From Gammaproteobacteria bacterium (GTDB taxonomy: Bacteria > Pseudomonadota > Gammaproteobacteria > Eutrophobiales > Eutrophobiaceae), in the NCBI GenBank assembly GCA_965222155.1, contig CBDCTH010000012.1, forward strand, positions 3,168,001-3,232,000: DNA of 64,000 nt, given 5' to 3'. Below, piece by piece: positions 8,505 to 19,148 of the stretch; position 1 is the first letter of the stretch, and every line of letters begins with the position of its first letter. The position numbers and the translations under genes were made by a program. The notes beneath the pieces are model-generated. The model was not told where the DNA came from, did not search any database, and saw nothing but the letters and a program-made list of their open reading frames with translations.

Positions 8505-11267
8505 TCAAATCAGCTTCCTGATACGTTCCAGCTGTTCGACCAACCTGGTTACGGCAGTCTCGACCTCTGATAGTTTATCACGTTCTTTTTGCACAATCTC
8601 CGCCGGCGCCTTGTCGATGAAATTTTTATTTTCCAGTTTGCCGCCGATCCGTTGTTTATCCTTGTTGAGCTTTTCCAGTTGCTTCTCAAGCTTATCCGCC
8701 TCCGCTTCGGGGTCGATCAAATCAGCAAGCGGTGCCAGTATCGTCATGGAGCCGGCCAGGGCAGCTACGGCGTCATCGGGTTCAGTGGTGACCGACGTAA
8801 TGGCTGATACCTTTGCCAAGGCGCGGATATAAGCGTGGTTCTGCTGTAACCATTGGCGTTCCTGCCCGGTGCCACCCTTAACCTGTAACGCCAGCGGTTT
8901 TCCCGGCGCGATATCCCGCTCAGCACGGATACGCCGGACACCCAGAACGAAAGTCCTGAGCCAGTCTATCTCATCCTGTGCCGACGGGTCCCCGGGTAGT
9001 TGTCCGGCGTCAGGATAAGCCTGCAACATAATGGTTTCGCCGCCGCGGTTCAACAGGGGCGCGACCTTTTGCCAAAGTTCCTCGGTGATGAAAGGAATAA
9101 ATGGGTGTAATAAACGCAGCAGTATTTCCAGGTTGGTCAACAGGGTTTGTATAACGCCCCGTTTTTGCGCTTCGGAAGACTCCGGGTCATTCAAGGTGGT
9201 TTTCGATAATTCCACGTACCAATCGCAATATTCATCCCAGGTAAACTCGTACAGGGCCTGGGCCGCCAGGTCAAAACGATAATCGGCAATACCCTGGATA
9301 ACCCGTTCCGTGGCCTGGCCCAGGCGGGTACTGATCCAGCGTTCCGCCGTACCGTATTGCGCCTCACCGGCATTGACGTCAATACCCTGTTGCGCGACAC
9401 ACATCATGACATAACGGGCGGCGTTCCAGAGCTTGTTGCAGAAATTGCGATAGCCCTGGATACGGCCCGTATCAAACCGGATATCACGCCCCTGGGTGGC
9501 AAGCTGGGCAAAAGTGAAACGCAATGCATCCGTTCCGAACGCGGGGATACCGTCCGGAAAGTGCTCCCGCGTCGCCTTTTCAATCCTGGCCTGCAACTGC
9601 GGTTGCATAAGGTTGGTCGTCTGTTTTGCCACCAGCGCATCCAGTTCTATACCGTCAATCAGGTCCAGCGGGTCCAGGATATTGCCCTTGGACTTGGACA
9701 TCTTCTGTCCTTCGGAATCCCGCACCAGACCGGTCATGTACACCTCCCTGAACGGGACGTCGCCCATGAACTTCAGACCCATCATGATCATCCTGGCTAC
9801 CCAGTAGAAGATGATGTCGAAACCGGAGACCAGTACGCTGGTGGGATAGAACCGTCTTAATTCCCCGGTCTGTTCAGGCCAGCCCAGCGTGGAGAAGGGC
9901 CACAGCGCCGATGAGAACCAGGTGTCAAGCACGTCAGGGTCGCGGGTCAATTCGGCAGTGTCATCCAGGTGATATTTTTCCCGGACATGGGCAGCGTCTT
10001 TTCCGACGTATATGTTTCCACCGGCGTCGTACCAGGCCGGGATCCGGTGCCCCCACCAAAGCTGGCGGGAGATGCACCAGTCGTTGATGTTGTGCATCCA
10101 GTCGAAGTAGGTCTTGGACCAGTTCTCCGGGACAAAGCGAATCGCGCCGTTTTCCACGGCGGCAATGGCCGGCTCGGCCAGCGGCTGGATTTTAACGTAC
10201 CACTGCTCGGTGAGGTAGGGTTCAATTACCGCGCCGGAGCGGTCGCCGCGCGGCACCATGAGGGTGTGATCTTCGATTTTCCCGATCAAATCCAGGGATT
10301 GCAGGTCCTCGACGATGTGTCGGCGCGCAACATAACGGTCCATTCCACGGTAAGCGTCGGGGCCGTTTTCGTTGATTACGGCGTCTATGGTGAAGATATT
10401 CAGCGGTGGCAGGTTATGGCGTTGCCCCATTTCATAATCGCTGAAATCATGGGCCGGCGTGATTTTGACGCAACCGGTGCCGAATTCCGGATCTACGTGG
10501 TCATCGGCAATAACCGGGATGGTGCGGCCCGTCAAGGGTAGTTCCAGTGTGTGGCCGACCAGTTCCCGGTAGCGGGTGTCGTCCGGATGTACCGCCACTG
10601 CGCTGTCGCCCAGCATGGTTTCGGGGCGCGTAGTTGCGACGACCAGGTGGCCGTTGCCGTCACTGCGCGGATAACGTATGTACCAGAGATGTCCCTTTTC
10701 TTCCTGCGCCAGCACCTCAATGTCGGAGACCGCCGTATGCAGTACCGGGTCCCAGTTCACCAGCCTTTTGCCGCGGTAGATGAGCCCTTCGTCGTACAGG
10801 CGGATAAACACTTCCTGCACCGCATGGGACAGGCCCGCATCCATGGTGAAGCGTTCCCGGGTCCAATCCATGGATGTGCCGAGACGCCGGGACTGGCGGG
10901 TAATGGTATTCCCGGAATGCTCCTTCCAGTCCCACACTGCCTGAATGAATTTTTCCCGTCCCAGTTCCAGCCGTGACTGCCCTTTGCTCTCCAACTGACG
11001 TTCCACCACCATTTGTGTGGCGATGCCGGCGTGGTCGGTTCCACATTGCCATAGCGTGTCGGCACCGCGCATGCGCTGATAACGGATCAATATGTCCATC
11101 AGCGTCTGCTGAAAGGCGTGCCCCATGTGCAGGCTGCCGGTGACGTTGGGCGGCGGCAGGGCTATGCTGTAAGGATTGGTTCCCCCCCGGGGTTTGAAAT
11201 ACCCTTGGTTTTCCCAGACGTCATACCACAGGGATTCAATAGCTTGCGGGTCGTAGGTCTTTTCCAT
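8505..11267 (-). CDS. valS: Valine--tRNA ligase
   Basis: [14 protein letters not shown] (HIGH), [17 protein letters not shown]. Confidence 0.99.
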   Translation of the reverse strand: MEKTYDPQAIESLWYDVWENQGYFKPRGGTNPYSIALPPPNVTGSLHMGHAFQQTLMDILIRYQRMRGADTLWQCGTDHAGIATQMVVERQLESKGQSRLELGREKFIQAVWDWKEHSGNTITRQSRRLGTSMDWTRERFTMDAGLSHAVQEVFIRLYDEGLIYRGKRLVNWDPVLHTAVSDIEVLAQEEKGHLWYIRYPRSDGNGHLVVATTRPETMLGDSAVAVHPDDTRYRELVGHTLELPLTGRTIPVIADDHVDPEFGTGCVKITPAHDFSDYEMGQRHNLPPLNIFTIDAVINENGPDAYRGMDRYVARRHIVEDLQSLDLIGKIEDHTLMVPRGDRSGAVIEPYLTEQWYVKIQPLAEPAIAAVENGAIRFVPENWSKTYFDWMHNINDWCISRQLWWGHRIPAWYDAGGNIYVGKDAAHVREKYHLDDTAELTRDPDVLDTWFSSALWPFSTLGWPEQTGELRRFYPTSVLVSGFDIIFYWVARMIMMGLKFMGDVPFREVYMTGLVRDSEGQKMSKSKGNILDPLDLIDGIELDALVAKQTTNLMQPQLQARIEKATREHFPDGIPAFGTDALRFTFAQLATQGRDIRFDTGRIQGYRNFCNKLWNAARYVMMCVAQQGIDVNAGEAQYGTAERWISTRLGQATERVIQGIADYRFDLAAQALYEFTWDEYCDWYVELSKTTLNDPESSEAQKRGVIQTLLTNLEILLRLLHPFIPFITEELWQKVAPLLNRGGETIMLQAYPDAGQLPGDPSAQDEIDWLRTFVLGVRRIRAERDIAPGKPLALQVKGGTGQERQWLQQNHAYIRALAKVSAITSVTTEPDDAVAALAGSMTILAPLADLIDPEAEADKLEKQLEKLNKDKQRIGGKLENKNFIDKAPAEIVQKERDKLSEVETAVTRLVEQLERIRKLI

Positions 11268-11326
11268 AGCGGATTTACTGAAAATCGGCCAGACCGTTAT
11301 TCCGGGCCTGATCCTGGATATCCATA

Positions 11327-11560
11327 TTATTCCGCTTCACTGGCGCTATCAGCGATCGGAGCAGCGGGGTCTGCCGCCTCGTCGAGTACAGGGATATTAT
11401 TTTCAAACAGGGAGAAGGTTTCTTCCAGCACCGGGATAGTGGCGTCGAGCACGTCAGCCCCTACCTGCTGATCCAGTACCGGGATAGCGGTATGTTCAAC
11501 CTCGTCTGTCAGTTCAGGACAGCGTTCCGGGATTTCCTTACGGTCTTTGTCTGACGCCAT
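11327..11560 (-). CDS. Small acidic low-complexity protein with three IPVL motifs
   Basis: ORF between holC and valS; start uncertain (ATG 11560 or 11599). Confidence 0.55.
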   Translation of the reverse strand: MASDKDRKEIPERCPELTDEVEHTAIPVLDQQVGADVLDATIPVLEETFSLFENNIPVLDEAADPAAPIADSASEAE

Positions 11561-11591
11561 GTTCCTGCTTAGCGCAGAACGGCGCTCGGGT

Positions 11592-12026
11592 TCAGGCATG
11601 GCCCGGCTCGATATTATGGCTGTGCATTTCCATCCCCCTGGCGCGGTAATCCTTGTAGCGAAGCCTGGCCTGATGACGCTCGGCAGGATCTGACGGCACG
11701 ACTTCGATAACACGTTCATAAGCGCTCGTGTGTTCGGGCAGATTGCCGGACAAATTGATTAAAACCTGGCGCTGTAACGGTCCTTCGCCTTCCCAGCCGA
11801 CGCTGATCGGGCAGTCCGCGGCATCCGGAGAATCAATGGAAGCGTGGGGCAGGAAGCTGATGTCCCTGAATGTCCACAGCAAGTCATCGATTGTCGCGGC
11901 CGCTTCCCGGGTGGCGACATGAATATAAATATCGTAACCTTCATTCCTGACTTTGTCGGCAAGTTGACAAACGAAGCGGTAGGGAACGGCCGGTTCAGCG
12001 ACAATATAAAAGTCGGCTCTGGGCAT
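11592..12026 (-). CDS. holC: DNA polymerase III subunit chi
   Basis: RADFY, DDLLWTF..SFLPH, ARLRYKDYR; pepA-holC-valS synteny. Confidence 0.93.
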   Translation of the reverse strand: MPRADFYIVAEPAVPYRFVCQLADKVRNEGYDIYIHVATREAAATIDDLLWTFRDISFLPHASIDSPDAADCPISVGWEGEGPLQRQVLINLSGNLPEHTSAYERVIEVVPSDPAERHQARLRYKDYRARGMEMHSHNIEPGHA

Positions 12027-12041
12027 GGACATTGACAATGT

Positions 12042-13541
12042 TCAGTTTTGCCTCTCGTGCTGCTGAATCAGGTACTGGACCAGCAACGGAACGGGACGGC
12101 CTGTTGCACACTTGTTTTTCCCGCTCACCCACGCGGTTCCGGCAATATCAAGGTGAGCCCAGTGATACTTTCTGGCGAATTTTGCCAGAAAACATGCAGC
12201 GGTGATTGTCCCCGCCTCGCGCCCACCGATGTTTGCCATATCGGCAAACGGGCTTTCCAGTTGTTTTTCATATTCCTCCCATAGCGGCAGTTGCCAGGCG
12301 CGGTCACCGGCGCTTTCTCCTGCCTGCAACAGGTCAGCCGCGAGCGGACTATGATTGCTGAGAAGTCCCGATGCGTGTTTGCCCAGAGCAACGACACAGG
12401 CGCCGGTCAGGGTGGCGATGTCAATAACCGCGGCGGGCTCAAATCGTTCACTGTAGGTCAGGGCATCGCACAGTATCAAGCGTCCCTCGGCGTCCGTATT
12501 CAATACTTCGATGGTCTGGCCGGACATGCTGGTAAAGATATCGCCGGGTTTGGTGGCAGTGCTGCTGGGCATGTTCTCTACGGCCGGGGTCACGCCCACC
12601 AGGTTGATCGGCAGTTCCATCCCGGCTACGGCGGCCACGGCGCCGAACACCGATGCTGCGCCACACATGTCGAATTTCATCTCATCCATTGCCGCCGAGG
12701 GTTTTATTGAGATGCCCCCGGTATCGAAGGTAACGCCTTTCCCCACCAGGACCACAGGTTTGCTGTCATCTCCCGCACCCTGGTACTGGAACGTGATCAG
12801 TTTTGCCGGCTGGGCGCTGCCCTGGGATACCGACAGCAGGGAATTCATACCCAGGTCCTTCATTTCCGCCTCGTCAATAACCGTCACCTCGACAGAAGTA
12901 AACGTTTTACCCAGTTCCTCCGCCTGTTCAGCGAGATAAGTCGGGGTGCAGGCGTTGGCGGGACGGTTGGCCAGGTCGCGCGTCAGCTTCACCCCCCCGG
13001 CGAGCGCTTTGCCGCGTAACAGAGCGGATTCGCATTGCAGCAGTTCCCCGCGCGTGGGGACCATCAAGGTGATCTTGCGCAGGGTTTTTTTGGTTTCCTG
13101 TTTTTTGCTCTTGAAGTCTTTAAACTGGTAAATCTCATGATCGATGAACTGCACCGCGTATTGTATCTTCCAGCGGCAATCCCGGTCCTTGACATTCAGG
13201 CCCGGGAGGAAACTGATTGATTCGATTGCGCCGGTCTGTTTTACCTGCTTGATGCTGTTGACGATGATCTTCCGGTAGCGCCTGTCATCCAGGACCGCCT
13301 GTTTCCCGCAACCGACCAGCAGCAGGCGCTCAGCCGGGATGCCCGGGACGTTGTGCAGTAATAAGGATTGGCCGATTTTTCCGTCCATATCACCCTTGCG
13401 CAGCAGGTTCGACAGATACTTGTCACTGGCGTCATCAATGGCCTGGGCTGCAGGCGTTAATTTCCGGGACTCATGCACTCCTGCAACCAGGCATGCGCTA
13501 CGCTGTTTTTCGGGGTTGCCGCTTTTTATATTGAATTTCAT
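12042..13541 (-). CDS. pepA: Leucyl aminopeptidase
   Basis: GKGVTFDTGG, MKFDM, NTDAEGRL, ATLTGA motifs. Confidence 0.97.
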   Translation of the reverse strand: MKFNIKSGNPEKQRSACLVAGVHESRKLTPAAQAIDDASDKYLSNLLRKGDMDGKIGQSLLLHNVPGIPAERLLLVGCGKQAVLDDRRYRKIIVNSIKQVKQTGAIESISFLPGLNVKDRDCRWKIQYAVQFIDHEIYQFKDFKSKKQETKKTLRKITLMVPTRGELLQCESALLRGKALAGGVKLTRDLANRPANACTPTYLAEQAEELGKTFTSVEVTVIDEAEMKDLGMNSLLSVSQGSAQPAKLITFQYQGAGDDSKPVVLVGKGVTFDTGGISIKPSAAMDEMKFDMCGAASVFGAVAAVAGMELPINLVGVTPAVENMPSSTATKPGDIFTSMSGQTIEVLNTDAEGRLILCDALTYSERFEPAAVIDIATLTGACVVALGKHASGLLSNHSPLAADLLQAGESAGDRAWQLPLWEEYEKQLESPFADMANIGGREAGTITAACFLAKFARKYHWAHLDIAGTAWVSGKNKCATGRPVPLLVQYLIQQHERQN

Positions 13542-13667
13542 GATATTCTGTGTGTTATGTGTGAAAAAATCAGGTGGTAAATATTATCTGATAGCCGGCA
13601 TTAAAACCAGCTACCGGCAGCAATACAAGTTTATTGGCTAATATAAACCGAAGCAATAACGCCTGAT

Positions 13668-14764
13668 ATGATCCTGCGACGTTATATTCACAGAGAAATA
13701 GTCGAGAAACTCGGCTGGATCATCGGCCTGCTGCTGCTGATTATAACGAGCAGTCGATTTGTCAGATACCTGGCTGATGCCGCCGCAGGGGTTTTGCCCA
13801 CCGACCTGGTGTTCCAGGCGTTGCTCATGAAAATGCTGACAACGTTGCCGAAACTGATGCCCATGGCTGTTTTTCTGGCGGTGATGCTTGGCTTATCAAG
13901 ATTGGCCCGCGATAAGGAATTGACGGCGGTTTCGGTTTCGGGCGGCGCCCACCGGGTTGAACTCATATCGGTGTTGCAGTTTTCTTTCATGTTTTCCTGA
14001 TTGTATTCGCCACCAGTTTTTTTATCGCTCCCTGGGCCGCGCAAAATACGGAACAACTGCAGGCCAGGGCTGAAGTGGAAGCGGATACCGCAGGCATTAC
14101 GGCAGGTAAATTCACCGAGATGAGTAAGGGAGAGCAGATCATCTATATCGAACAATTATCAAGTGACAGAAGCCGGATGGAGAATGTTTTTCTGCAAGCC
14201 AGGCAGGGCCGGCAGACCAGCGTATTGAATTCGAGCAGCGCAGGTTATGAGACAATTGAATCTTCGGGTGGTAAATTCATTTTATTTCAGGACGGCCGAC
14301 GCTATACAGGGGATTCAGATTCGTTGGACTATCGCATTACCCGCTACAAAACGTACGCTGTCCAGATCGAACAGGGCGAGGAAGAGAGCGAATTTGTCAA
14401 GCTGGAATCGCTGCCGGCGTCCACATTGCTCGGTTCCGACAGCCCCAAACACAAAGCCGAATTACAGTGGCGCCTTTCATTTGTGATTTCATCGCTGTTA
14501 TTGCCGGTACTTGCCGTTGGCCTGAGCCGTTATTCACTCAGTGAGCAGAAATACATGTGCGCGTTTGTGGCCGTGCTGATCTACATCATTTACAGCAATA
14601 TGCTGAGCGTAGCGAAAACCTTGTTGAAAAGAGATGAAATCCCGGCATTCATCGGTTTGTGGTGGGTACACCTGGCGCTGCTGGCGCTGATTGTGCTGGT
14701 ATTTCAATTCCCGGGGCTGAGGCTGAGAAAGAAAAAAGCACATTCCGGGACAGTTCCCTGGTAA
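13668..14764 (+). CDS. lptF: LPS export permease LptF, split by a -1 frameshift near 13990-14000
   Basis: MILRRYI N-terminus, RLARDKEL, FILFQDGRRY, AELQWR; two ORFs (13668-14000 and 14075-14764) in adjacent frames; divergent from pepA. Confidence 0.85.
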
Positions 14765-14781
14765 CGGGTTCAGGTCGCAGT

Positions 14782-15042
14782 TAGCCCGCACCAAGTCGCT
14801 AGTGGCTATCGGATATATGTTTGCTGTCAATGAGTTATGGTAGTCTATTGACAATGTCATCATTACAGACTGCGCTTGATGCGCCCTCGCTTGTCTTTGT
14901 ACCGCCAGCGGGCACGTGCTTCCTCAACCGTAGCTACGGCTATGCTTTCGGTCCCCGTATCAAGTACGGGGCAGGCTCCGGCACCCGCTGGCGGCACAAA
15001 TCCGGTGCGATCTTCGCATCCCCTGGTGAAAAATGCGGGCTA
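14782..15042. mobile_element. MITE family A, copy 2 (between lptF and lptG; carries a 25-bp insert)
   Basis: Ends tagcccgca / tgcgggcta; internal homology to the other two copies. Confidence 0.82.
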
Positions 15043-15043
15043 A

Positions 15044-16339
15044 ATGAAAATAATACAGCGGTATTTTATCGTTAACCTGGTCTGGACGACCTTTCTTGCC
15101 CTGGTAATCCTGGTCGGGATATTTGCGTTTCTGTCACTTATCGATCAGCTTGAAGACTCCGGGCAGGGAAATTACGGTACGTACCAGGCAGTCACTTACG
15201 TTGTTCTGACCCTGCCGCGGCTGGCTTACGAGATCCTCCCCATTGCTGCGATGATCGGGGGTATGACAAGCCTGGCATTACTTGCCGGAAACAGAGAACT
15301 CAACGTTATCAGGCTTTCCGGCGTCTCGATATATTCCCTCGCCGTATTAATGGGAAAATCAGCCCTGGTCATCGTGCTGTTTTCCATTTTCATCGGTGAG
15401 TTTATTGTGCCGGCCAGTGAAATTAAAGCCAGGTATCAACGATCCATCGCATTGACGGAACAGGTCGCCATGAGGACAAAATACGGCTTCTGGGCCAGGG
15501 ACGGAAACAGTTTTATCAATATACGTAAAATATTGCCCGGAAATATCATTGAGGAAATATACATCTATGAGTTCGATGACGAGGCCAGGCTGCGTAACAG
15601 CATCTTTGCGAATAACGCCCAGTACGTCGATAACCGGTGGGTGTTTGAAGGAGTGGAAAAGACTGTCATTGACAGCGGCGGAGTCAGGCGGGAACAGTAC
15701 AAAAGAGCGGCCTGGGATTCATGGGTCGATGACGAATTGATTAACCTCGTCATCATCAACCCCCAGTATATGGGCTTGTGGAACCTCTATAACAGCGTAC
15801 GGGTGTTAAAATCGAATTCACAAAACACGGCGACGTTTGAGCAGGCGCTCTACGGAAAACTGATAAGGCCGTTCACAATCATCGCCATGATTGTCCTGTC
15901 AATACCGCTGGTAGTCATGCGCAACCACTCCGGGGGGCTGGGGCAACATGCGTTCAGCGGCGCGCTGATCGGTGTGGTCTTCTATTTTTGTAATTCTGCA
16001 TCCAGTCATATCGGCATCGTCTACGACATCCATCCGTTCATCAGTGCGGCAGTTCCGACCCTGCTGCTTTTGCTGGTTTTATTCTGGTTGTTTTTCCGGC
16101 AACAATCAGAATTGTTCCCGAAAACCGATCATGGAACGCAAGTCGTTCTTTATCAAACAAAGCCCAGAGAAACCCAGCTCCAAATCCAGTTAAAGACGCG
16201 CCGGCCAGAAAAAACCGCAGGTTCAGGTTTTTCCAGCCGGGTTGCGCGCCGCTTGTGGTTGTTAAATATATACGCCAGGCGCGCATTCCAAGGGTTTGCC
16301 GTCCTCTTTTCCATTGCCAGACGAAATAGAAATAAGTGA
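15044..16339 (+). CDS. lptG: LPS export permease LptG with read-through C-terminal extension
   Basis: RYF N-terminus, NRELNVIRLSGVS, GFWARDG; last ~75 aa are antisense to the RDD gene. Confidence 0.88.
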   Translation: MKIIQRYFIVNLVWTTFLALVILVGIFAFLSLIDQLEDSGQGNYGTYQAVTYVVLTLPRLAYEILPIAAMIGGMTSLALLAGNRELNVIRLSGVSIYSLAVLMGKSALVIVLFSIFIGEFIVPASEIKARYQRSIALTEQVAMRTKYGFWARDGNSFINIRKILPGNIIEEIYIYEFDDEARLRNSIFANNAQYVDNRWVFEGVEKTVIDSGGVRREQYKRAAWDSWVDDELINLVIINPQYMGLWNLYNSVRVLKSNSQNTATFEQALYGKLIRPFTIIAMIVLSIPLVVMRNHSGGLGQHAFSGALIGVVFYFCNSASSHIGIVYDIHPFISAAVPTLLLLLVLFWLFFRQQSELFPKTDHGTQVVLYQTKPRETQLQIQLKTRRPEKTAGSGFSSRVARRLWLLNIYARRAFQGFAVLFSIARRNRNK

Positions 16340-16532
16340 TGAGCAACAGGTAAGCGGAATATAACGGGCTGCCGGCAGCAATGGCTTCCCCGCCCGCCAC
16401 GGGCAGCGCAAGCACAGTAGCAAAAAACAGCACGGAAAAAAGCAGACAGCAATCATAAACAACGGCCATCAGTCTGCGCCGCAGGCCGCAGTGATCATAA
16501 ATGGGTTCAGAGTGCCTTTCTTTATATGTCAT
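16041..16532 (-). CDS. RDD family membrane protein
   Basis: RRLMAVVYD, QTLGMRAW, FHDRFSGT; typical position downstream of lptG. Confidence 0.85.
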   Translation of the reverse strand: MTYKERHSEPIYDHCGLRRRLMAVVYDCCLLFSVLFFATVLALPVAGGEAIAAGSPLYSAYLLLITYFYFVWQWKRGRQTLGMRAWRIYLTTTSGAQPGWKNLNLRFFLAGASLTGFGAGFLWALFDKERLAFHDRFSGTILIVAGKTTRIKPAKAAGSELPH

Positions 16533-16665
16533 GTACGGGCCGGTCCGCCTCCGATAATTACCACTTGTGATCGCATTGCGATATACTGCGAAAGTATTTC
16601 CCGGCAAATCCAGTCCTTCATTGAAGGATTACCGGATTTGGCCATGAGCAGGTTATTATAATGAT

Positions 16666-17616
16666 ATGCTTGTAAAAATGTTGTCCCGCCGCGTCCTGTT
16701 TCCCGTCTGTTCGGCAGTTCTGGCATATCTTGCCGGTGCGGGGCTCGGTGCGGCATCCCCGGCTATGCCTGAATCGGCCATTCCGGGCAAGCTGGTCGAT
16801 GTCGGCGGCTACCGGCTGCATATTTATTGCGAAGGTGAGGGTATACCCACCATCATCTTCGATTCGGGAACGGGCGGCTTCTCACTGGAATGGACAAGAG
16901 TACAAAAAGTCCTGTCTCGCCGGACCCGTGTATGCTCTTATGACCGGGCTGGCTACGGCTGGAGTGATATGGGTCCGTTACCGAGGACCAGTAAGCGTAT
17001 TACCCGGGAACTGCATACCTTACTGGTTAAGGCTGATGTGACCGGGCCTTATATCCTTGCCGGACATTCATTCGGTGGTTATACCGCGCAGTTGTTTGCA
17101 AGAAATTACCCGAAGGAAACGGCGGGTCTTGTCCTGATCGATGCTTCACATCCGGAACAGATAGAGCGAATGCCGGGCAAGGAGCCGGGTACGCCCGCGA
17201 AACCTGTACCCGGGGCGCACAGCTATACCGTATCCAAGCACATCATGCATCCCAACTTTCCTGATGAGATGGTGCTGATAGCCAGCCGGATTATGAATAG
17301 CTGGCATCATACATCAACATGGCGCGAGGAAATGACGGTGTTTCCAATGAGCGCAAAACAGGTATTGGCCTCCAAACCGATGCCGACAGTCCCGATTGTC
17401 GTGCTGACACGTGGCCGTCGCATTTGGCCGAACAATGCGTATGGCGATGAAATGGAGCGGGTCTGGATGGAGTTGCAGGATGAACTGTCCCAGCTCAGCG
17501 ATAACTCCGTGCACCTGATCGCGGAACGGAGCGGGCACTCGATTCACCTGGACCAACCGGAAATCGTCATCAATGCAATGCAGACCATGCTGAATGCAAA
17601 TTTCGCACGAAAATAA
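16666..17616 (+). CDS. Alpha/beta hydrolase
   Basis: YDRAGYGWSD, GHSFGG nucleophile elbow, SGHSIH. Confidence 0.9.
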   Translation: MLVKMLSRRVLFPVCSAVLAYLAGAGLGAASPAMPESAIPGKLVDVGGYRLHIYCEGEGIPTIIFDSGTGGFSLEWTRVQKVLSRRTRVCSYDRAGYGWSDMGPLPRTSKRITRELHTLLVKADVTGPYILAGHSFGGYTAQLFARNYPKETAGLVLIDASHPEQIERMPGKEPGTPAKPVPGAHSYTVSKHIMHPNFPDEMVLIASRIMNSWHHTSTWREEMTVFPMSAKQVLASKPMPTVPIVVLTRGRRIWPNNAYGDEMERVWMELQDELSQLSDNSVHLIAERSGHSIHLDQPEIVINAMQTMLNANFARK

Positions 17617-17637
17617 TGGGTGAACGGGAGGCAACCG

Positions 17638-17735
17638 GGTGAATGGGGTCAGGTCGCACATTGCACATGCAGAGGTTTGTCCAGCTTCACACTTATTTCT
17701 TTGCATGTGCAATGTGCGACCTGACCCCATTCACC
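17638..17735. repeat. Perfect 34-bp inverted repeat pair (REP-like; possible bidirectional terminator)
   Basis: ggtgaatggggtcaggtcgcacattgcacatgca (17638-17671) and its exact reverse complement (17702-17735). Confidence 0.8.
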
Positions 17736-17745
17736 ACACTTCATT

Positions 17746-17821
17746 TGGCGCTCCCTAGGGGAATCGAACCCCTGTTTCCGGCGTGAGAGGCCAGCGTCCT
17801 GGGCCACTAGACGAAGGGAGC
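17746..17821 (-). tRNA. tRNA-Glu (anticodon CTC)
   Basis: GCTCCCTTCGTCTAGTGG...CT-CTC-AC...GGTTCGATTCC...GAGCGCCA; 76 nt with encoded CCA. Confidence 0.95.
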
Positions 17822-17849
17822 CCGCTAAGTAGCGATGTTATAATAAGTC

Positions 17850-19148
17850 ATGAACAAAAGCCACGATAAAGTCACCTACCTGCGCCACGAGTCCAAAATC
17901 ATTCCTCGTGAAGAACACAACATATCCAGGAACAATATCAGTGACGCTGCCCTGAAAGTATTGTATCGGTTAAAAAATGCCGGCTTCGCCGGTTACCTGG
18001 TGGGGGGGAGCGTGCGCGACCTGCTGCTGGGGCGCGAACCCAAGGACTTTGACGTGGTTACGGATGCTACGCCGACGCAGATAAGGGAACTGTTCCGCAA
18101 CAGCCGCCTGATAGGTCGCCGTTTTCGGCTCGCCCATGTTCACTACGGGGATGAAATTGTCGAGGTGTCTACTTTTCGCGCCCCCCATCACATCGATGAT
18201 AGTGAAGGTAACGTCATTGACGGCCGGATAATACGCGATAACGTTTACGGGACTATTGACGATGATGTCTGGCGGCGTGATTTTACCGTCAATGCGTTGT
18301 TTTATAATATCGCTGACGAGTCCGTGGTCGACTACGTTAATGGGATGCACGATATCAGGTCCTGCTGCATAAGACTGATCGGTGACCCGCGCCAGCGTTT
18401 CGTCGAAGACCCGGTGCGGTTGTTACGGGCAGTACGGTTTGCAACCAAACTGGGATTCAGGATCAGCCGTGATACCGAGAGGCATATCCCCGGGCTGGCA
18501 TCCTCGTTGGGCGGTATTGCCCCCGCGCGTCTGTTTGAGGAATGTCTGAAACTGTTTTTTAACGGTTATGCTTTACAGACTTTCGAACAGTTGCGCCATT
18601 ACCATCTGTTCGGTGAATTGTTTCCGCAAACGGAAGAGGCCCTGACATACCAGCAAGGCGGGTTTCCCCATACTTTGGTCGCCAACGCGCTGCGCAATAC
18701 CGATAATCGGCTGGTGGAAAACAAACCGGTTACGCCGGGGTTTCTCCTCGCTGCCCTGTTGTGGTTGCCCATGGACAGACTGGCTCGGGATCATATTGCC
18801 CAGGGCCTGAGCGAAATGAATGCGGTCATGCTGGCAGGAGATATCGTGATCTCCAGACAAACCCGCAGCACCTCGGTGCCGCGTCGTTTTACCCGGATGG
18901 CCAGGGATATCTGGCAGATGCAGGCACGCCTGGCGCGGCACTCAAACCGCCGCCCGCACAGGTTAATCGAAAATCCCCGGTTCAGGGCCGCTTATGATTT
19001 TTTATTGTTACGCGCAGAATCAGGGGAGGCTGTCACTGAGTTGGCAGACTGGTGGACGCAGTTTCAGAAGAATAATCCCGCAACAAAGGATTTTTCCAGA
19101 GATAAGCGCGACAGTCGCAGGCGGCCCATAAGGCATCGTCCAGGGTAG
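17850..19148 (+). CDS. pcnB: Poly(A) polymerase I
   Basis: VGGSVRDLLLG, KDFDV, LIGRRFRLAHV, RRDFTVNAL, FRAAYDFL. Confidence 0.96.
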   Translation: MNKSHDKVTYLRHESKIIPREEHNISRNNISDAALKVLYRLKNAGFAGYLVGGSVRDLLLGREPKDFDVVTDATPTQIRELFRNSRLIGRRFRLAHVHYGDEIVEVSTFRAPHHIDDSEGNVIDGRIIRDNVYGTIDDDVWRRDFTVNALFYNIADESVVDYVNGMHDIRSCCIRLIGDPRQRFVEDPVRLLRAVRFATKLGFRISRDTERHIPGLASSLGGIAPARLFEECLKLFFNGYALQTFEQLRHYHLFGELFPQTEEALTYQQGGFPHTLVANALRNTDNRLVENKPVTPGFLLAALLWLPMDRLARDHIAQGLSEMNAVMLAGDIVISRQTRSTSVPRRFTRMARDIWQMQARLARHSNRRPHRLIENPRFRAAYDFLLLRAESGEAVTELADWWTQFQKNNPATKDFSRDKRDSRRRPIRHRPG

